Assembly: GCF_963921235.1 (NCBI RefSeq)
Contig: NC_086097.1
Coordinates: forward strand, 231,014,001 to 231,078,000
DNA: 64,000 bases
Direction of reading: 5' to 3'
Source of the DNA: Mobula hypostoma
Lineage: Eukaryota
Within the stretch, counting starts at the first letter, position 1. Every line of letters starts with the position of its first letter. Below the pieces are notes generated by a model. That model saw only the letters and a list, made by a program, of their open reading frames with translations, had not been told where the DNA came from and did not search any database. Both the position numbers and the translations under genes were made by a program. Shown piece after piece: positions 57,545-64,000 of the stretch.

Positions 57545-60285
57545 CATAAGACCGTAAGAATTAGGTCAATTGGCCTATGGTGTCTGCTCTGCCATTTCAT
57601 CAAGGCTGATTCAATTTTCTTCTCAGCTCCAATCTTCTGCCTTCTCCCCTCATCTCTTCATGGCTTAACCAACTAAGAATCTAGCAACCTCTGCCTTAAA
57701 TATACATAAAGACTTGGCCTCCACTTGGCAAATAATTCCACAGATTATTGATCCTCTGGCTAAAGAAATTCCTCCTCGCTCCATTCTAAAAGGACAGCCT
57801 TCCTTTGTGACGGTGTGTCTTCTAGTCCTAGACTCTCCCGCCATAGAAAATATCCTCTCCACATCCACTCTATCAAGACTTTTCACCATTCAATACGTTT
57901 CAATGAGGTCACCCCTCATTCTTCCGAATTCTAGTGCATACAAGCCCAGAGCCATCAAACTCTCTTCACATGACAAGCCGTTGAAAACTAGAATCATTTT
58001 TGTGAACCTCCTTTGAACTCTCTCCAGCTTCAGCATCCTTTTTAAGGGGCTCAAAACTGCTCACAATACTTCAAGCCACGCCTCACCAATGCTTTATTAA
58101 AGTCTCAACATTACATCCTTGCTTTAATATTCTAGTCCTTTTGAAATGAATGCTAACATTGCATTTGTCTTCCTCAACACAGACTCGATCTGCAAATTAA
58201 CCTTTAGGGAATCCTGCACAAGGACTCCTAAATCCCTTTGTGCCTCCGATTTTTGTATTTTCTCTTATTTAGAAAATAGTCAACCCTTTCATTTCTTGAA
58301 CCAAAGAACATGACTATACACTTCTCAACACTGCTACATCTTTGCCCATTTTCCTAATCTGTCTAAGTCCTTCCGTAGCCTTTCTTCTTACTCAAAACTA
58401 TCTGTGCCCCCCCACCAGCTATCTTCATATTGTCTGCAAACTTTGCAATAAAGCCATCGATTCCATCACCCAAATCATTCACATATAACGTCAAAAGAAT
58501 CTGTCCCACACAGACCTCCGTACGACACCACCAGTCACTGGCAGCCAATCAGAAAAGGCTCCCTTCATTCCCATTCTTTGCCTCCTTCCAATCAACCACC
58601 GCCTAATCCATGCTATAATCTTTCTTATAATACCATGTTAAGCAGCCTCATGTGTGGCACCTTGTCAAAAGCCTTCTGAAAATCCAAGTACATAGCATCA
58701 GGGTGTCTATAAGAAGGGTCAGAGCCGTCTCTATTTCCTGAGGAGACTGAGGTCCTTTAATATCTGCCGGACGATGCTGAGGATGTTCTACGAGTCTGTG
58801 GTGACCAGTGCTATCATGTTTGCTGTTGTGTGTTGGGGCAGCAGGCTGAGGGTAGTAGACACCAACAGAATCAACAAACTCATTCGTAAGGCCAGTGATG
58901 TTGTGGGGATGGAACTGGACTCTCTCACGGTGGTGTCTGAAAAGAGGATGCTGTCTAAATTGCATGCCATCTTGGTCAATGTCTCCCATCCACTACATAA
59001 TGTACTGGGTGGGCACAGGAGTACATTCAGCCAGAGACTCATTCCTCTGAGATGCTGCACAGAGCATCATAGGAAGTCATTCCTGCCTGTGGCCATCAAA
59101 CTTTACAACTCCTCCCTTGGAGGATCAGACACCCTGAGCCAATAGGCTGGTCCTGGACTTATTTCATAATTTACTGGCATAATTTACATATTACTATTTA
59201 ACTATTTATGGTTCTATTACTATTTATTATTTATGGTGCAACTGTAACGAAAACCAATTTCCCCAGGGATCAATAAAGTATGACTATGACTATGACTATC
59301 AACTGATTCTCCTTTGTCTATCCTGCTTGTAATTTCTTTAAAGAATTCCAACAGATTTGTCAGGCATCATTTTCTCTTGAGGAAATCATGTTGACTATGA
59401 CATCTTCCCAACCACTTGAGGTCAGCCTAACTGGACTATAGTTTCCTTTCTTCTGCCTCTCTCCCTTCTTGAAGAGTGGAGTGACATTTGCAATTTTCCA
59501 GTCTTCTGGAAGCACTCCAGAATCCAGTAATTCCTGAAAGATCATTACTAATAGCTCCACAACCTCTTCAGCCACCTCTTTCAAAACTCTGGGGTATACA
59601 CCATCTGGTCCAGGTGACTTATCTACCTTCAGATCTTTCAGTTTCCCAAGTACCTTTTCTCCCATAATGGTAACTTCACACACTTCATGATCCTTGACAC
59701 ATGGAACTTCCACAATGAAGACTGATGCAAAATACTTATTTTATTTCCCCCTTTACTACTTCTCCAGCATCGTTTTCCAGTATTCCAACATCCACTCTTG
59801 CCTCTCTTTTACACTTGATGTGTCTGAAGAAAGTTTTGGAATCCTCTTTAATATTATTGGCTAGCTTACTTTAATATTCCACCTTTACCTTCTTTTTGAC
59901 TTTTCTAGTTGCCTTCTGTTTGTTTTTAAAAGCTTCCCAATGCCCTAACTTCCCACTAATTTATGGTGGCTTTGATGTCCCTTGTTAGCCATGCTTGTGT
60001 CATTTTGACTTTAGAATACCTCTTCCTCATTTGTATATATATATCCTATGCTTTCTGAATTGCTTCCAGAAATTACAGCCATTGCTGCATCTGTAATTCC
60101 CCTTACTCCCCTGAAATACTGATACATCTGACTTTAGCTTCTCCTTCACAGATTTTAGGGTGAATTCTATCATATTATGATCCTTTACCCCTAAGAGTTC
60201 TTTTACCTTAAGGTCTCTCATTAATTCTGGTTCATTGGACAACGATGAATAGCTAGGGATTCCCCTTCTTGGAATCCAGCACCAT
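57545..60285 (-). mobile_element. Decayed CR1 LINE interrupted by a Rex1 insertion
   Basis: ORFs 59360..59713 (KSPGPDG..DWKIANVTPLFKKG), 58363..58548 (KFADN), 57665..57889, 60027..60242. Confidence 0.9.
58701..59297 (+). mobile_element. Rex1/Babar-type LINE 3' fragment, (ATGACT)n tail; inverted sister of 17698-18283
   Basis: ORF 58774..59145 is nearly identical to 17842..18216; candidate TSD ATCA at 58697-58700 and 59298-59301. Confidence 0.93.
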
Positions 60286-60790
60286 TTATGTTATACAGTA
60301 TATAACAATACTATTTAGAAATTAGGTTATTTTTATTGCCTTTTTAAAATGACTAGTATTTATAATTTTTGAACAGATTTTGTAAAATGCTTCATTTATT
60401 TCAATCTGTTAACAGTAAAAGAATGAATACATGTAAATAAGCAAAGAGAATCATCCTTCTTTCATAAAAAGTCTCATAATTATTGGTACTACTTCATTAA
60501 TCAATGATAATTTCTGCTCTAAATTACTGTGAGATATGAGAGATTTTTTAAAAAAATAATTGCCCATTTGGGCACACAATCTCCAAAAGGTTTGCCACTT
60601 TGCCCTACCACAGTCTTCAGCTTTGTCAGTCATAAACCATAAATTTCCTGGTAGCATTGTACTATTTCATTCACAGAGCTAAGATAATGAAGGAGACTGT
60701 ATGTACATTTGGTAAAAACGAAAGAAAATCCAGGTTTTGACTGCTAATTTGCAAATATTGTCTAACTGTAACAATTGCCAACCAGAGAAA

Positions 60791-61170
60791 ATTAGATTAG
60801 ATTATTAGATTAGATTAGATTATGAGGACACTCAGTCCTCGTTTATTATCATTTAGAAATGCATGCATGCATTAAGAAATGATATCATGTTCCTCCAGAG
60901 TCATATCACAAAAAAAAACAAGAAAAACCGAAGACTAACACTGACAAGACCACATAATTATAACAAGTAGTTACAGCAGTGCAAAGCAATACCATAATTT
61001 GATAAAAAGCAGACCATGGGAACGGTAAAAAAAAAGTCTCAAAGTTCCGATCGACTCTCGATAGTCCCCGATAGCAGGTGGCAGAAGGTAGAAACTCTCT
61101 CTGTCATAAACCTCCAGGCACCGACAACTATCGATACATTGGAAGCACCCGACCACAGCCGACACTGAGT
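60791..61170 (-). mobile_element. Non-LTR 3'-UTR-type repeat with (CTAAT)n tail
   Basis: Colinear with 54781-55160. Confidence 0.8.
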
Positions 61171-62148
61171 CCAGAAATTACAGCCATTGCTTTGCATCTG
61201 TAATTCCCCTTACTCTCCTGAAATACTGATACATCTGACTTTAGCTTCTCCTTCTCAGATTTTAGGGTGAATTCTACCATATTATGATCCTTAATTTAAC
61301 CACCCTCCTGATTAATCATGGAATCCTCTTGACCAACAACTAATATTGGAGGAAGGCGAAAGGCTAGTTATTCTGCAGTGGGTGACTCACTTCCTGAATC
61401 CTTCAAAACCTTTCTGCTATCCATGGTGTACACCAGACATAAAAATCAAATAAAGACCATTTTCACTGGATGAGAGCATTTTAAAATAAAAAGAAGGCAG
61501 CTCACTTAATCATTTACCACCAACGTCTTGCCTATACAATGCATTTCATCAACTCCACAGACAGCACACGAGGTCAGAACTGAACGTAGATTGGTGCAGC
61601 AACAGCACCAACTACTGTACCATCTCTTTGTTATTTTTTTAATAATAAAATTTAGATTGGTAAAAAACGTACCAAACTTTAGTAATCAATTAGTAGCATT
61701 ATTAAATTCCAGACTATTTAATCATTTTAATTCCAGATTTATTTAAATGGTAAACTCCTCACCTATAATCGTGAATCCAAATTCTTGTGTCTAGATCTCT
61801 GGCCCAAAACTCTTCAGCCCAGAAACACAATGCTACCCAACTAATTTCTGATTAAAAGATATGAGAGATGCAAAGAATCTCTCTTTACATAGAGGATAGC
61901 TTTGATCTCAAACTGCCTATTTAAATGATGTCAATAAGGATCTTTCAAAAACACACTGGAATTAAACGAGGGAGGAAACTACTTTCGAGGCTGCAATGAA
62001 GGAAAAGCAATTAAGATTGATGGGATTGCTCTTCTACAGGGCACAGCAAACTCAGAGTTTGAATGGTGATCTTCTTCTGAAAGATGATTCCATGATTTAT
62101 GGCTTTTCATAGATATAACCTGGCTTTTCCTCTGAGGAAAGTAAATAC

Positions 62149-62706
62149 TGGAACACTACGGTAACCCTCAGGTTTGATCGGCATCGTTATCTCGGCGAAG
62201 ACACTCTACAGCTCACCAAACTTGCGAAATCTCATTTGCGTGGATGCTGCATGATGTGTTCCCCTGTTACAACTCAGTACCACAAAATAACAAAGCGTAC
62301 ACCATATGCAATTAAACGATTGAGCTTTATAATTCTTGATTTGACTAGAGGGTTAGTAAAGAAAACAAAAAGGAAAGAGCCCTATTTAATGAAACAGCCC
62401 AATGCGCATGTTGGAGCAATCTTCCCATCGGTTCGTTCTCCATCGATTTCCCCGGGGCATCGTTGACTCCCAACCCCATTCCACGTCCACTCAATCCTGC
62501 AGTCTACAACTTCTCCATTCTGGCATCTTCTCTCTCCATCTTCCGCTGAACAAAATCCCTTGCTCTCGAGCACACAAGAAAGAAAACACTCCCCGCATTG
62601 GACGTTGCACATTCCAGAGCCCCATTATCTCTAGTCATAAACCAAACACACTGCTACTACAGAGAAACCATTACATTAGCAGTGAAACCTTTCCCAGGCC
62701 ATTACA
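62149..62706. mobile_element. Possible solo LTR
   Basis: CpG-retaining non-coding block from TGGAAC to TTACA; no clear TSD. Confidence 0.35.
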
Positions 62707-62874
62707 CTGCTAATTTCAGTATAAATAAAATACACTGAGGTGTGTCTCAGTACATATGCAATGTTTAAAAATCAATCATATGTGCACAAACATGTACTGC
62801 ATGAGAATACCATTCCTGAAACATTTACTGTTTTACTTCAAATACATTTCTTTAAAATAACTTTCTAAATACTA

Positions 62875-63385
62875 TAGAATATATGTGGAAACTATAGAAA
62901 GAGTGCGGAGGAGATTTACAAGGATGTTGCCTGGAATGGAGAGTGTACTTTATGAAAATAGGTTGAGTGAACTTGGCCTTTTCTCCTTGGAGTGACAGAG
63001 GATGAGAGGTGACTTGATAGGGGTGTATAAGATGATGAGAGGCATTGATGGTGTGGATAGCCAGAGGTTTTTTTTTCCCAGGGCTGAAATGGCTAACACA
63101 AGGAAGCATAATTTTAAGGTGCTAGGAAGTAGGTACTGAGGGGATGTCAGGGGTAAGTTTTCCACACAGAGTGGTGGTGTGTGGAATGCACTGCCAGCGA
63201 CGGTGGTGGAGGCGGATACAATAGGGTCTTTTAAGAGACTCGGTGATAGGTACATGGAGCTCAGAAAAATAGAAGGTTATGTGGTAGGAAAATTCTAGAC
63301 AGTTTCTAGAGTAGGTTACATGATCGGCACAACATTGTGGGCCAAAGGGACTGTAATGTGCTGTAGATTTCTCTGCTCTATCTTC
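62875..63385 (+). mobile_element. CR1 3' fragment
   Basis: IERVRRRFTRMLPGMESVLYENRLSELGLFSLE*QRMRGDLIGVYK followed by CR1 3' UTR. Confidence 0.88.
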
Positions 63386-64000
63386 TAAATGTTGCACAAC
63401 ATTGAAGGGCAAGATACCCTCATTTAACTGAATTACTGAAACCTCCTCTGAACGAGTAAAACACCGGCTGCAAAATGAGTCTTTAGACAATAGCAGCTTC
63501 GCGTAGAATTATGAATTCCAAGCACACAGTTTTAAGAGAGGCCGTCAAGTGACAGCTTTAATGAAGGTACTTCAAATGCACAAGGCAACCTTTTGTTACT
63601 GGAAAATGTATTCATTCCTGATAAATTACATCCAGAATTTCATTTTAACATTATAGCGTTTGTGAGCAAGAAGAATGATAATTCTTGTGTATTACTTTGC
63701 ATTACGTCGTCTACTGAAATACTAAACTTGAACTGGAATAGAGTTCGCATCATAGAAGTTACAGCCATACACAGGACTTCACATACATTTTATTTAACCA
63801 TTTTATTGGGATCCACTTGCATCATACCTGATTTACCAGAAATCTACTGAAACTTGCCTAAGTAATCTATTATAGCGCCATGTACTGGGGATAAGCAATT
63901 TTACTAAAAAAACGATTAAGGAACAATAAATAAATAATTAAACACAGCCAGCTTTAACTGTTTATCAAATGCTTTCGACATGTTTGCCAGATATGTTCAT

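Overview
Eukaryotic (vertebrate) intronic DNA. The repeat inventory (CR1, Rex1/Babar, RTE, Penelope-like elements, HE1-like V-SINEs) suggests a cartilaginous fish such as a ray or shark; this is inference. The window appears to lie inside one minus-strand gene of the L3MBTL (MBT-repeat chromatin reader) family. I found four phase-consistent GT-AG exons (39434-39513, 37635-37745, 20791-20905, 14706-14808) encoding the last MBT repeat and the start of a C2HC zinc finger. Most of the rest is transposon-derived: a 3'-truncated Ty3/Gypsy element with a tRNA-Trp PBS, an internally deleted two-LTR Gypsy, a solo LTR, young and old CR1 and Rex1 LINEs, RTE LINEs with short non-autonomous partners, tRNA SINEs, a Chapaev3-like transposase relic, a 70-bp MITE and two G-rich expansions. 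Two hidden layers stand out. First, Penelope-like repeats carry minimal hammerhead ribozyme motifs on both strands, often as inverted pairs. Second, a frame-symmetric 306-nt three-exon MBT block is bracketed by inverted, closely similar Rex1 copies, making it a circRNA or exon-skipping candidate. I cannot show a wholly new biological system here. Repeat boundaries without a TSD are approximate and identities were judged by eye.
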